Under the pieces are notes generated by a model, which saw nothing but the letters and a program-made list of their open reading frames with translations, was not told where the DNA came from and made no database searches. This document shows positions 50,490-63,337 of a stretch of 64,000 nucleotides of DNA, in pieces (position 1 is the stretch's first letter; each line of letters starts with the position of its first letter). Position numbers and translations under genes: made by a program. This DNA comes from Mobula hypostoma (lineage: Eukaryota), in assembly GCF_963921235.1 (NCBI RefSeq), contig NC_086097.1:11222001-11286000 (forward strand), given 5' to 3'.

Positions 50490-50985
50490 ATGTCACAAAC
50501 AAGAGAAAATCTGCAGTTGCTAGAAATTCATAAAAGTCCTGCTGAAGGATCTCAGCCCAAAACGTCAACTGTACTCTTTTCCATAGGTGCTGCCTGGCCT
50601 GCTGAATTTATCCTACATCTATGTGTCTATCCTAGAGTCTTTTAAATGTCCCGCTGCCCATCCTCCTTCCCTTTCTCCCATCACCCACTCCCTATCATAT
50701 TCCTTCTCCAGTCCTTTTCTACCTATCACCTCCCAGCATCTTACTTCATACCCTTCCCCTCCCCATCTGGCTCCATACATCACCTTCCAGCTTGTACTCC
50801 TACCCTTCCCCACACCTTCTTATCCTGGCGTTTCCCCTTTCTTTCTAGTCCTTTTGTTGGGCCTTAGCCCGAAACATCAACTGTATATTCCTTTCCATAG
50901 ATGCTGCCTGACCTGCTGAGTTCCTCCAGCATTTTGTGTGTGTTGCTCTGGATTTCCAGCATCTGCTGAACCGCTTGGGTTTCAC
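50490..50985 (+). mobile_element. Penelope-like terminal repeats
   Basis: agtcCTGCTGAaggatctcagcccAAAAcgtcaact at about 50536. ccatagatgctgcctgacctgctgagttcctccagcattttgtgtgtgttgct at about 50895. Confidence 0.7.
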
Positions 50986-51003
50986 ATGGCCCTGTTGTAC
51001 CAG

Positions 51004-51237
51004 TGATGCACCAACAATAACTCCAAAAGACTGGAGGTAGAGTAAATACTGAAAGGCTTTTATTAGCAGTAAAATGTGACCTCCAGCATGCTCAGTGTCT
51101 GTCCCTGGACTGAGAGGAGGAGCAATGGCTCAATCGCCTTTATTCAGGGGTCTGTGGGAGGAGCCACAGGAGCAGTCAGCAGAGGGGCTTGTCCAGACAG
51201 GTAACCCAGCTACAACATATATATATGATTTACCACA
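51004..51237 (-). mobile_element. Short solo LTR, 234 bp
   Basis: TG...CA termini, 5-bp TSD accag (50999-51003 and 51238-51242), and minus-strand AATAAA at about 51060. Confidence 0.75.
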
Positions 51238-51654
51238 ACCAGCCTAGTACTAGCCTACAATCCTGGAAGTACATTCCAAGCATTTACCACTCTGTTAAAA
51301 AAAAAAGCAGCTACCTCCAACACCTCTGTCCAAAGGTAATTTTGTTGACATGAGAACAGTGGTTACCAGTGCTACTCACATACACAAGTATCAATTTGAC
51401 TCCTCACTCCATCTTTTGGTCCTTCCATTAACTGATCCTATTGACTCCAATAGGGTCAACTGGGAGAACAATAGCAGGTCAAAACTCATGCATGCATTAG
51501 GCACTGGTTTCTAAAACTGCTTTTCACCCACAGAAAGATCATCCTAGTTTGCCTTTTAGAAAAAAATCAAAAATATGATCTTATCTATATTTAATTTATT
51601 TATTTTGAAGTTTGAGGGTGTGATGCAAGTACTCCTGAGATAGTTATGATAGTC

Positions 51655-52046
51655 ATGGAAGTGTAGTGGTTAGCACAATGCTTCACAGGACTGGTGTGTT
51701 CAATATTGAGAGAAAGTGTAGAGCACACACCAGGAGGCCAGTATGCAGGCTATTCAACTGAACTTTATTAACAATGCTGCTCGTACAATATGTGAACTCC
51801 TCCCGTGTGGGATTGGCGAACTTAGTGCATAGGAGTAACACTATAAGTACCACAACAAGTACTAGTGACCCAGGTTCCGTTCCCGCTGCTGCCTGTAAGC
51901 AGTTTGTACGTTCTCCTGTGACAGTGTGGGTTTCCTCCGGGTGCTCTGTCCAAAGGCATACTGGTTGGTCACTGTAATTGTCCTGGATGATGCAGCTCGA
52001 AGGGTTGGAAGGGCCTATTCCGCACTGTATTTCTAAATAAATAAAC
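51655..52046 (+). mobile_element. V-SINE with a short internal insert (about 51690-51860)
   Basis: A box gtgtagtggttagc, B box ggttccgttcc, V domain and (TAAA)n tail. Confidence 0.7.
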
Positions 52047-52049
52047 ATA

Positions 52050-52726
52050 CGGAGAGGAGAAGATGGCAGCGTGACGCAGCACACGCGGCCACTCCGAATG
52101 TTATCGTATTTGTGAAGTAGGATGCCATGCACAATCCTGATTTGATGAGATGGACGTGAAGAAGCACGAAGGAATATCTGGAGAAATTTCTGAAATGCCT
52201 GCTTCGCTGCCGCTGCTACTGTGTGATCGAGAGTCTCCGGAGGGGAAGGCCCCAAATCCTCGGCTTTGCCTGTTGCTTGGTTGCCGGGGCCGGGGTCGAA
52301 GTGCTCGGCAGAGATGATGCTCAGTGCTTGGTGTCGGAGGGCTGGTCGGAGGTTCGAAGTTTTCGGACGGACTCAGAGTTAGACTTTGGTCAGGTGCTTC
52401 CAGGATGCTGCATCGGCAAGTTTGCGGTGCTGAAAGCTCATGGTAGGGAGAGTTTCTCCCTTCAATCGTCTGCATGAGATGATGGGACGCTCGAGAGACT
52501 TTGAGACTTTTTTTAACTGTGCCTATGGTCTGTTCTTCATCAAATTACGGTATTGCTTTGCAATGTTGTAACTGTATGTTATAATTATGTAGTTTTTGTC
52601 AGTTTTTTTAGTCTTGGTTTGTCTTGTGTTTCTGTGATATCATTCTGGAGGAACAAATTGTATCATTTCTTAATGCATGCATTACTAAATGACAATAAAA
52701 GAGGACTGCGTGTCCTCATAATCTAA
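52050..52726 (+). mobile_element. Non-autonomous LINE derivative, second copy
   Basis: Colinear with the reverse complement of 34075-34760. Confidence 0.8.
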
Positions 52727-53265
52727 ATTTATAGTCAGAATAGACTTGGTGGGCTGAATAGCCTGTTTCTGTAGTGTGCCTCCCTATGAGTTTAATTTGT
52801 ATGCAGTTAGATCCCACAGTAAGATGGAACTGCAGATACTGGCTGGTTATTTTTCTAAAGATAAGGATGCAGTTACAGAATTTGGCAAAATTTATGTGAA
52901 AATCTTGCAGGAACTTTCCATGCTGATATCTGTTTACTTAAACATGGAATTCAAGAATTGAGATGATGTGCTGCTCTGAAATTATACAGAAATAGCTTCC
53001 AACTATCTAAATCACCAACCACACACACTAGAAGACATAAAGTTCCTATACCATGTAAAATAATCACGTTAGGAAGAGTAACTTCCAGTGCACATGTGAT
53101 AAGTCTTAAAAAGAGCCACATACCCTCTAAAAGTTAACTTTAGACAAGTACAGAACGTCCCACAAGCTTTATTATTGGAGATATGTTTAATTATACTTGT
53201 TTTATATTATTTTTCTTTCTGATTTTGACAGTTTCTTTTGCACCCTTTCCTGATGACATTAAATA

Positions 53266-53791
53266 GGAGGGGTGATTGATAAGTTCATGGCCTAAGGTAG
53301 AAGGAGTCAATTTTAGAAAACCTAGCACATACACTTTTCAACATAGTCCCCTCCTACATTTACACACTTAGTCCAGCGGTCGTGGAGCGTACGGATCCCT
53401 TCTTTGTAGAAGTCGGCGACTTGGACCTCCAGAGAGTGGTCCACAGCAGGGGTGATTGATAAGTTTGTGGCCTACGGTAGAAGGAGATGAGTTATTAACT
53501 TCAAACTTTCTGCATAATCACTCAAAGAGCTGAACTGCACGTGCATGTAATGAGAGCAGTATAACTCATCTCTTTTTCCCTTAGGCCACAAACTTATCAA
53601 TCACCCCTGCTGTGGACCACTTTCTGGAGGTCCACGTCGCCGACTTCTACAAAGAAGGGATCCATACGCTCCACGACCGCTGGACTAAGTGTGTAAATGT
53701 AGGAGGGGACTATGTTGAAAAATATATGTGCTAGGTTTTCTAAAATTGACTCCTTCTACCTTAGGCCACGAACTTATCAATCCACTCCTCG
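53266..53791. mobile_element. Mariner-derived fold-back element with arms of about 230 bp
   Basis: TA flanks. TIR .gaggggtgattgataagttc.tggcct occurs four times. The arms encode the mariner C-terminus DFYKEGIHTLHDRWTKCVNVGGDYVEK. Confidence 0.92.
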
Positions 53792-54069
53792 TACACTCTT
53801 CTAACTGGTTCAAACTGTGATAGACATCATCAGTTCTTTAATCTGTTTGGTTAGGAAGTGGCTTTTATTTCCTTTTTTTATCTATATACACTCTAAATGG
53901 AGTTGCATGGTCTTTTTGGTTCATTGACAAGAGTATGTCTCATAAAATTCCATGAAAAGTTCATGGGGAAGCGCAATTTCAAGAAATGTATGCTCATGCT
54001 CATGGGTGTGTTTAAAGCTGAGATTGATAGACTCTTGATTGGTAAGGGGGTTAACAGTTATAGAAAGGA

Positions 54070-55120
54070 GCAGTATCAAGTTTAATATCACTGGCACATG
54101 TCATGAAATTTGTTCTTTTGCAGCAACTGTACCTTGCAATACCTATTAAATACATATCAAATACATATCAAATAAGTGGTGCAAAAAGAGAGCAAGAAAG
54201 AAAAATAGGGTGGGAGTGGAGATGAGTTCATTGGCGCTTCAGAAATCTGATGGCACAGTAGCGTAGTGGCTAGCATAACGCTTTACAGTACAGATGACCT
54301 GGGTTCAATTCCTGCCACTGCCTGTAATGAGTTTGTACGTTCTCCCTGTGACTGCATGGGATTAGTCCGGGTGCTCCGGTTTCCTTCCACATTCCAAAAA
54401 TGTACCAGTTGTTAGGTTAATCTGTTTTTGTAAATTGTCCTGTGATAGACTCAGATTAAATTGGGGGACTGCAGGGAAGTGTGGTTTGAAGGTCCAGGAC
54501 GGCCTGTTCCATGCTGTATCTCAATAAATAAAAAAACTATTCCCAAAATGTTGAGTGGATGTTTTCAGGCTCCTGTGCTTCCTTCTTGGTGGTAGAAATG
54601 AGAATGGGGTAATGATGTTCCTTAATGATGGATGCTTCCTTTCTGAGGCACCACCTTTTGAAGATGTCCTCGATGCCAAGGAGGCTCATGCCCATGATAG
54701 AGTAGGCTAAGTTTGCAACTTCCTGCAGCTTTTTCTGATCTTGTGCAGTAATCCCTGCATACCAGATGGTGATGCAACCAGTTAGAATGTTCTTCACGGT
54801 ACATCTGTAGAAATTTGAAAGTCTTTTATTACATACCAAGTCTGCTCAAACTCCAAGTGAAATATAGCCATGGTCGTGTCTTCTGTGTAGTTGTATCAAT
54901 ACGTTGGACCCAGGATGGGTCTTCAGAGATGTTGACACCCAGGAACTTGAAACTGCCCACCCTTTCCATTTCTGACCCCTTAATGTGGACTAATGTGTCT
55001 TCCCTTGCCTTCCCCTTCCTGAAGTCCACATCAACTCTTTAGTCTTACTGACATTGAATGAAAGATTGTTGTTCCAACACCACTCAACCAGCTGAGCTAT
55101 CTTACTCCTGTATGCCTTCT
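54070..55120 (-). mobile_element. Rex1/Babar fragment with a nested plus-strand V-SINE (54252-54536)
   Basis: MERVGSFKFLGVNISED and NFYRCTVKNILTGCITIWYAG. The SINE has A box tagcgtagtgg and B box ggttcaattcc. Confidence 0.85.
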
Positions 55121-56799
55121 CAAATAGTTAAATCTCACACAAACACACACACACTGAGTTTTAATTAAGCGTAATGACCTTCCATCTTAGTTCATACAAA
55201 GGAGACCTCTAGTGCTTATAATATTTAACCAAGAATAAAAGCTGTTAATTAGTAATAATAGGTGAATGAAATTGATAAGGTAATAGCATCAGATTAGCCA
55301 TTTTGCCTGTGTCTGTTCACTACAGAGTAGCACTGGGGTAATCCTCCAATCGCTATAGCTCTTCCTCTACAACAGAAGGACCCAGAGTGAATGATTTCAT
55401 GTCCCCTCCCTCCCCCACTCCAGGGGTGATGGGAGTGTCTAAGGGGTAAATAAAGATAAAGGGGATGGTTGGTGGACACTTGGTAATAAAGGGGCAACTG
55501 AGAGATTACAGGCTTAATTTAAGAAATTAATTACTTACTGTAAGTATCTGATCCTCAGTGCCTCATAATTGATTACATGATCACCTCATCTCTTGCCAAC
55601 CCACTGTTCTCTGAAACTTTGCTCGAGGTGTATAACAGCTGTTGAAAAGCAATGTGACACTTCTGCCTTTGGCATATCATGAGAAATTTGGACTGAAGAA
55701 ATCGTGCTATTTCTGGGCTCAGCCCATGCATTATTGCCAATTGCTACTGTAGTATAGTGTTAGCTACTATGATTCCTATACTGTAATCATGCAGTGATGC
55801 ATTTCCTGTGAATTGGAGCTTAGCATTCAATGGGGTAAGACTCAGAATCTGGCCTTTCAAATTGTCTTGACTGCATTTCTCTAGCCCATGGCCCAACTGA
55901 GATATCTCTGCTCCACTTTATGCAACTTCAGCCTGAAAGTCAGGTTTTGCCTGAGCTATAATGAATTCATAACTTTGCCCTTTATTGATCGTATCACTTG
56001 AGGTCAGACTTAAACTATGGGTGATTGACCATGGTTGTTAATCCATAGTGATAATGGCAGGAGCAGACTAAGCGAAAAAGAAGTGTAGATAGTACAGTAT
56101 GAAGTATCTGAAATATGGATTTATACCAGCTCTAAGCAGCCAATGTGTGTGCTGTGTGGAAAAAGTTTTTTCAAATGAGGCAGTGAAATCATCCATACTG
56201 CTTGAACATTGAAAGAGAATACTCACTGATAAAGCAATCAACAACTTGGCTTATTTTCAGTCACTGTATAAAAACATTCAGAAATGAAAAACACTTCAAA
56301 ACATATTTCCCAGCACTTCACAACAAAACAGTGATGGTTTGCAGGCTTCATACGACATTTCATTGCTCAATGCTAAAACTGGAAAGCCCCATACAATTGG
56401 AGAAGAACTGATTCTGCCAGCAGTAATGGAGGTTCTAAGTACAGTTAGGCACAAGTCACCAGACCAACGACAAATAGATGAAATGTCTGAGAATGTGGAA
56501 GGTACATTGTACAACAAACCTGGGACAACAGAATTTGCTGTGCAGTTGGATGAGTCAAATCTGACAGTAAATGAATCTTTGCTTCTTAGTTATGTTTGTT
56601 TCATAAAATGTGAAAGCGCGGTTCATTGTTATTTGCAAAGGGACTCGAAACAGATATGAAGGGGAGAGTCAATATTTTGGGTTGTTGAGAATTTTTCAAA
56701 GAGAAGGACATTTTGCTCACCAACATACTTGCTTGGGCAAAATGACAAGAAGATACCACAGGGTTATAACTTTTTGTGAAAAAAGCAGTACCTAACATA

Positions 56800-57150
56800 A
56801 TCTGATAATCTAGGGGGTGGGGCATGGTCGACAGCCCGCCCCTGAATATCTAATGACCAACACTATTTATTGTTCTTGTGTTAAAGTGCTTTTCTGGGAT
56901 TATGGTAGGAAGTTCAAATTCATTTATTGTTACATTTTAGGTTAGGTTATGCAGTTATTTGCTTGTGTGCTTGTGGATCACCCTAACTATAACCGGGGTG
57001 AATGATGGTTACCTTCCCTGTCTGAATGATACTGACTTGTTCTCTCTCTGGGTCATGGTGGCCAGTCTGTTTTTAGGTTTGTCAAAATAAAAGGGTTGTT
57101 GAGTTTAACGAGCTTCTTTGTCTATCATTATGGACCAAATGCTCGCCATA
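56800..57150 (+). mobile_element. Possible solo LTR inserted in the hAT ORF
   Basis: Interrupts KKAVPNI|FTIHC. TATAA at about 56988 and AATAAA at about 57086. Termini and TSD are unclear. Confidence 0.4.
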
Positions 57151-57709
57151 ATATTTACCATTCACTGTGCAATTCACAGACAACATCTTGTCATTAAAAA
57201 AAAAACCTAAGTGGTCAGCTACACAAATCATTAATACTGTTATCACAGTGGTAAACAAAATCAAGTCCCATGCTCTCAATTTGCGACTATTTCAAGAACA
57301 TTGTATTGAGAATCATGAATAATTTGAATGCTTGCTGTTGTGCACAGAAGTCAGATGGCTCTCAAAAGGAACTTGCCTGAAATGCTTCTATGTGCTTTTT
57401 GAAACTGTGATAAAATTCTTTAAAGACTCGAATGCCTCATTCAGTAATTAACTCAAGAATATTAGGCATGACATTGCTTATTTGTCAGAATTATTCACAG
57501 AGTTTAATGAAATCAATCTTCAATTGCAAGGAAATGATGTGGATCTTATCAAAGTCAAATCAGTTGTCTCCACATTTCTGTTCAAGTTAACCCTATTTAC
57601 AGTAAGTGGCTGTTGCGACCTTTTTCTAATTTCTGAGCCTTTAAGCTGGAAAGAAATAAATACCAGATGATGATCATCAAGTATACTGTGCTCACCTGGG
57701 TGAACTACA

Positions 57710-58595
57710 AAAAGTTCAAAGTACATTTATTATCAAAGTATGTGTAGATTATACAACCTTGAGATTTGTCTCCTTACAGGCAGACACAAAACAAGTCAAC
57801 CCAAAAGAACTCAAAAAAAGACAAACACCCAATACTCAGAGAGGGGAAAAAAACAAATCAAGTAAACAATAAAAGTAAGCAAATAGCATTCAGAACAAAA
57901 ATGTGTCCATAGACACAAAGCCCAGAGCAGCCAGAGCAGGCCACAGTCTCACTCCCAGTTCAGCACAGAGCCGAGTAAACGTTGCAGAGCACTCAGACAT
58001 GGAGCCCAGAGCAGGCCACAGCTTCAGCCGCAGTTCAATGCAGAGCCGAGTAAACATTGTGGATGAGTGAGCTCAGCCTGCCAACCCTCATCTCTTGTCC
58101 AGACACCCTGCCTTTTCAATCCATCTGGATCGGCATTTAAATCATTGAAACATCAGTTCAATCTTTGCACTAGACTAGGACTAGGACATGGGCCCTGTCA
58201 CATTGATACACACTAGGCCTGGACCCTACAGTCACATTTCAGCCAGTAGCTGACCTTTCCAAATTGGCTTGGCACTTAGACTGATCAAACCTCACTCTCA
58301 GTTTAGGTTGATGGGCCTCAAATCTGTCTCCTTTCTGCTCCGACTATGCTTCACTGTGCTTGCCCCGACTTCGCCTCAAATATGCCTTGACCTCACCCGA
58401 CTTTGCCTCAATCTCGCCTCACACTCATAGGCTTCGGCCCTTGACTCAGCCTTGCCTTCACTTGCCCCTCCATCGTTTGGAGTGATTGTTTACCATAGTT
58501 CTAATAATAACAATTTGCTTGTAAAGTATTCTTTGTTTTATTTACCACTAGTAAGTAGTCGCTGGGCTGCTTCACCAGCACCATCATAAACTGGA
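57710..58595 (-). mobile_element. Rex-tailed non-autonomous element inserted in the hAT
   Basis: Tail aaagttcaaagtacatttattatcaaag is shared with 7500, 17100 and 35455. Confidence 0.6.
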
Positions 58596-58645
58596 AGATA
58601 TGTCAGAGAAATTTCAGGATCTCCTCTCAATCCAAATTCCAGATT

Positions 58646-59172
58646 GTTGTTCATCCATCGTCATCATTGATGAAAACCTCGACACCATTGATAGTGTCGA
58701 GACTAGCGCATGATTTGGATTTAAGTGAGGGAGAGTTGCGCAGCGTCAGCCTCACTCTCTCTTCCCAATTCCCATCTGGATCCAGTGGCAAGACAGAGTC
58801 TAGACGGCTGGAGATGGGACTAGGCACAGTGGATGACCAGGACGTCTTTTGTGTCTTGTCCTGCTCTACACGTTCCATGACGCTTGCAGAGACCGGCTTC
58901 TTGACCACTGGACCTTCCATAGGTCTCGTCCGCTCAATCCGCCAGAGTCTGTCTTCACATGCTGGGATAGACAACTCCCTATCACACCGAGGGTTTGAGA
59001 CTCGTCGGCTACCCTCACCTGGTTTAGCCGGCTTGTCGAAGCCGTTGCCCAGGGTGTGGCTGCTGTCGCATGCAAACAGCTATGGGGAGCCACAGGTGAG
59101 AGCTGAGTGCCAGGTGGGGACCAAAGGTGGACTAACCACCTTGAAAAGGACGTGACATGTTCCCCCACCAGA
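58646..59172 (-). mobile_element. RTE-like non-autonomous element inserted in the hAT
   Basis: Interrupts QIPD|W.VIN. The minus strand ends gacgatggatgaacaacaa. Confidence 0.55.
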
Positions 59173-59934
59173 GGTAATAAATTAGGTAATAAATTGATTA
59201 GGTAATAAATCAATTCCTGAACACTTATAATGAGGAATTAACAGGAAGGATGGATGAAGAACTCATTTTGTTACTTTTGGTTGCAGAAAGAAATTCTGAA
59301 AGCTATCATGCAGTGTGGAAAAAGGTTGAGATATTCCTTATTGCCTTTCCAGCATTTTGTTTAGTGGAGTGCGGTTTCAGTGCAGTTGTCCAAATTCTTT
59401 CAAAGCAACAAAACAGAAGCAAATTACCGAACATGGGGATGTGAGCCTCCTTCTGAGTGACATTCAGCCAGATGTTGAAAAGCTGATGTCACTGCACCAA
59501 GCCCAAGTATCTCATTGAAAAGGTGGAAAAGCAATAAAGTAGTGAATAGTTGAACCACCGATGTATGCTCTCAAATTATTGATGAAAATAGTCTTTACTG
59601 TAATTAAAGAAATAGTTTATTTGTAGCTTTAGGGTAATAATTTGTCTCTGCATTTGCAGTTCCTATTTTCTTTCAACGTGCATCATAAATCAAAATTCGT
59701 CATAGTTTTTATGTAATGGGCAGAAAGGAAGAGGAGGGTGCTGGGGATGTGGGCTGGAAGCCAAGTGGGTGGTAACCAGAAAGAGGTTGGGAACCACTGC
59801 TCTACAAATATTATCAATAACTTTCTCCAGAAAGATGTCCTGGTCTAGAACTCAGTTACATTCCAACATCACCAAGTCATGGAGTGTCTAACTTCTTTCC
59901 CTACCTGCTTGGCAATAAATATAAAGCAATAGTA

Positions 59935-60635
59935 TGTAGCCCCCCCTGGCCACCCTCAGGGTCGCTCGGCTCACTGTCGTCTAGGGAAACAGCCCTCGGC
60001 CCCAGCAAACTGGGTAATTAGTTTGTGTGGACACTGTGTGATGTACCCCACCCCGCCCAAATAACAGACAATACACCAGATTCGATTAAATGATTTACAG
60101 TTTATAGATATTACCGGATCTATATAATTAATAGAGAATAAAATATAAAAGGAAAATAAAAGGCGCCACACTTATCAAAGTTCAATCTGTTCGCGCACAA
60201 AACAGTTGGAGCTCAAGGACCTTCTTCTTCACCCTGTGACCCCTCGGACCACCTCGACCGGCCGCCTGGGACCAACAACGGTGGTCGACCAGATGCTTCA
60301 CACGAGTCCGTCTCCGTCTCCTCTCCTCGCCGAACGCCCTCCTCGGGATCCGACCCCGTTAGTGGACTCACAGCACCTGGTCCATCCTCTGTCTTTCTCT
60401 CCTGCCTTCTCCCCCAAAACCCCACGCATACAGTATCTTCAAATACACCAAAAACATAACAACTATCCCAATTGGTTCATAACATCTTCTTATCAGTAAC
60501 ATGATTCAACAAACCGCTAGCAGGAAGGATTTTCTCAGCATTTAACATAACAAAGAAGCATTCCCAAGTATAACATAACAAAGAAGCAATTTTAATTAGC
60601 CTACACAGTAACATAAGAGACGAAACCCCCTTATA
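59935..60635. mobile_element. Solo LTR, 701 bp, of a third family
   Basis: TGTAGCCCCC...CCCCCTTA(T/C)A termini and 4-bp TSD agta (59931-59934 and 60636-60639). CpG-rich. Confidence 0.8.
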
Positions 60636-60763
60636 AGTACATCAACATTGACTTTCTAACTTGAGAGCGAGTAGAATTATTTCATTGTCCGATTTAAAAA
60701 AAGATACAGTGTCTTTCACAATTGCAATGAAATCATCCAAATACTTCAAGTTTCCCTGTTGTC

Positions 60764-61110
60764 CATAAGACCATAAGATACAAGAGCAGAATTAGGCCAA
60801 TCGGCCAACCAAGTCTGCTCTGCCATTCAATCATGGCTAATTTTATCTCTCTCAACCCCATTCTCCTACCTTCTCCCCGTAACCTTTGACACTTGGACGA
60901 ATCACGAATATGTCAACCTCTGCTTTTTAAGTATATCCAATGACTTAACCTCCACAGCCGTCTGTGGCAATGAATTCCACAGATTCATCAGTCTCTGGTT
61001 AAAGAGATTTCTTCTCACCTTTGTTCTAAATGGGCATTCCTCCATTGTGAGTTTGTGCCCTTTGGTCCTTGACTCCTACACTATAGCAAACTTCATCTCC
61101 ATATTTAACT
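60764..61110 (-). mobile_element. CR1 3' fragment
   Basis: ccataagaccataaga tail and gaattccacagattca. Confidence 0.85.
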
Positions 61111-61696
61111 AGCCACGCATCTGCAGTATCATCCTGGTGACTGCAGGTAATTTTTATAAAGGCAGGGGGCTAGAAACTAACATTAGCCAGCTATAATGTG
61201 GGTGATGGAAGGTGTGTCTGGAGTTTAGAATTAACAAGTAGACAAAAATGAGATTTTTGGGGTGCGTTCCCAAAGTAACTTGTATCATTTGAATAGCACC
61301 TATGTTGTCAAGTCAGAAGATTCAGGAATAAAATTGGTTGAAAAGGAAAGAGATAAGAGGAAAAGAAACCCAGCATGTCACATTTCAAATATTCCCAGGA
61401 ATTTTACCAATGTACCTTCCGCCAACTTACATCACCTCCAGAAAAGAATGTTATAATGCGCAAAAGAAAGTTGGCTTAACTGGAGCAATACACACAAAAT
61501 GCTGGAGGAACTCAATAGGTCAAGCAGCATCTACAGTAATGAATAATCAGGTGATGTTAACCAAAAAATTGCATTGTTCCTATCTGGTCCTTGAATAACA
61601 ACTGATAGCATCAGTCCAAAGATGGTCAGTGAATTTATAGTTGGACTAATTCAGATCTAAATGACTTAATAACCGACTCGTACTGCATCTACTTAC

Positions 61697-61863
61697 CTTC
61701 TCACCCATTAGCCCCTTATCCAAATCCAGTTGGACCAATGAATTATTTAGTTTCATTGCCAGAGTGAGGGCCATCAAACCTCCAGTTCTTATTCTGTTCC
61801 TTCGAAGATCCAGTCTCAGGATTCCAGTGCTCTCAACTATAAATTCTGCCATGGCAATGGCAC
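61697..61863 (-). CDS. PPP1R37-like: Internal coding exon of a PPP1R37 (LRRC68)-like leucine-rich-repeat protein
   Basis: Acceptor tctctAG (61864-61865) and donor GTAAGT (61696-61691). Length 167 nt, phase 1 to 0. Translates (G)AIAMAEFIVESTGILRLDLRRNRIRTGGLMALTLAMKLNNSLVQLDLDKGLMGEK, which aligns by eye to recalled PPP1R37 GAVAVAEFIAESPRLLRLDLRENEIKTGGLMALSLALKVNHSLLRLDLD. Confidence 0.88.
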
Positions 61864-62177
61864 CTAGAGATTAATTAAAATCAAATTAACTTCAATGGTG
61901 GCAAGTCCAAGAAACGTCAAGGTGGTTAACACAGCCTTGCAAGTCAGCTGGATTGAATATGAGCCTCACACATCGCCCTGAACATCATTTTCTCCCATTA
62001 TTAGTGCACCATAGATACAACATGCAACATTTGCAAGATGCATACAAGATTTTACATGCAGTTCTCAGACAGTCCCTGTCAAATATGGAATCTCCAACAC
62101 CAACATCAGCCTGAACATGAGAATGCCTCTGCATGTAAATCCCCTTTTAGTTCCCACAACTTATCAACTTGGAAATA

Positions 62178-62708
62178 CATTCAATGGCCATTTTATTAGA
62201 TACAGGAGAAGGACTCAGTGTGATCCCCTAATGCTGTAGCCCATCTTCTTCAAGGTTCAATGTGTTGTGCATTCAGAGATGCTCTTCTGCACACCACTAT
62301 TGTAATGTGTGGTTATTTGAGTTACCATTGCCTTCCTGTCAGTTTGAACCAGTCTAGTCATTCTCCTCTAATCTCTCTCATTAGCAAGGCATTTTTGCCC
62401 ACAGATCTGCCACTTACTGGATGTTTTTAGGTTTTCACATAATTTTCTGTAAACTTTAGAGACTGTTGTGCACAAAAATCTCAGGAGATCAGCAGTTTTT
62501 GAGATACTCAAACCACCCATCTGGCACCAACATGGTCAAAGTCACTGAGATCATGTATCTTTCCCCCATTCTAATGTTTGGTTTAAACAAAAACTGGACC
62601 TCTTAGTTATGTCTATTTTTTTTTGCATTCAGTTGCAGCTACATGAATGGCTGGTTAGATACTTGCATTAATAAGGTGTACAGGTGTAACTAGTAAAGTG
62701 CCCACATT
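62178..62708. mobile_element. Tc1-like MITE, second copy
   Basis: Colinear with 23192-23743; TIRs decayed. Confidence 0.8.
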
Positions 62709-63337
62709 AATTAGTATTCATTTCTGCTGAGTCTAAATCCCACCAAGCAGCAGCTTCTCTGCAATGGTTCATTGATGGAATTCAATGCCAACTTTTCAAG
62801 AGCAATTTATGATTAGCTAATAAATGCTGACTCATCTAGCAATTCCCTTGACCAGCACATGAATCAACAAGTCTTAGAACCTTCACCTACACCAAGAGCA
62901 TACTCAGAACATAAGAGCTCTGTAAAATAATTAGCAAGAAACAAAGTCTAGCTGATGCCACAATCTGAATGACTGACAGCTCTCATACCTGAGATATGCT
63001 TGTATGAAATACCATTCTCTTTGTCTAAGAAAGGGCTTAAAGCAAGGTAACTCTCGCTTGAAATTATGAGCAGAGCACTTTTAAACCGACATTTTACTAA
63101 TGCCACACAGTCAATATCTCTCAAAGGTGGTATAATCCTTAATTGAAAAATTAATGGTGTCGGGGCTGATAGTCTCACAAATAAACTGCAAACATACAAT
63201 TCATAATTATCATAATCAGTCAGGAGGCATGATGCCAATTGGATAGAGAGTTACATTATTCAAGGTGAGGATGTGCAATTTCTCACATCACCTCCAGAAA
63301 AGAATCTTATAAAGCACAAGAGTAGGTTGGCATAACT

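Larger units (their letters stand above)
55373..59799 (+). mobile_element. Decayed full-length hAT (Buster/Charlie-type) transposon with nested insertions
   Basis: 8-bp TSD ctctacaa (55365-55372 and 59800-59807). Right TIR aggttgggaaccactg. Transposase remnants KYLKYGFIP, KPHTIGEELILPA, FAVQLDES, TEVRWLSKG, LNLQLQG-like and AFP...LVECGFSAV. Confidence 0.88.

Noticed and set aside
54252..54325. tRNA-like A and B boxes (also near 5490, 14000, 17600, 29250, 36200, 51660)
   Set aside because: These are SINE heads followed by SINE bodies; none forms a full cloverleaf.
58651..59213. Overlapping ORFs of 107-162 aa
   Set aside because: They lie inside a repeat inserted into the hAT and show no protein motif.
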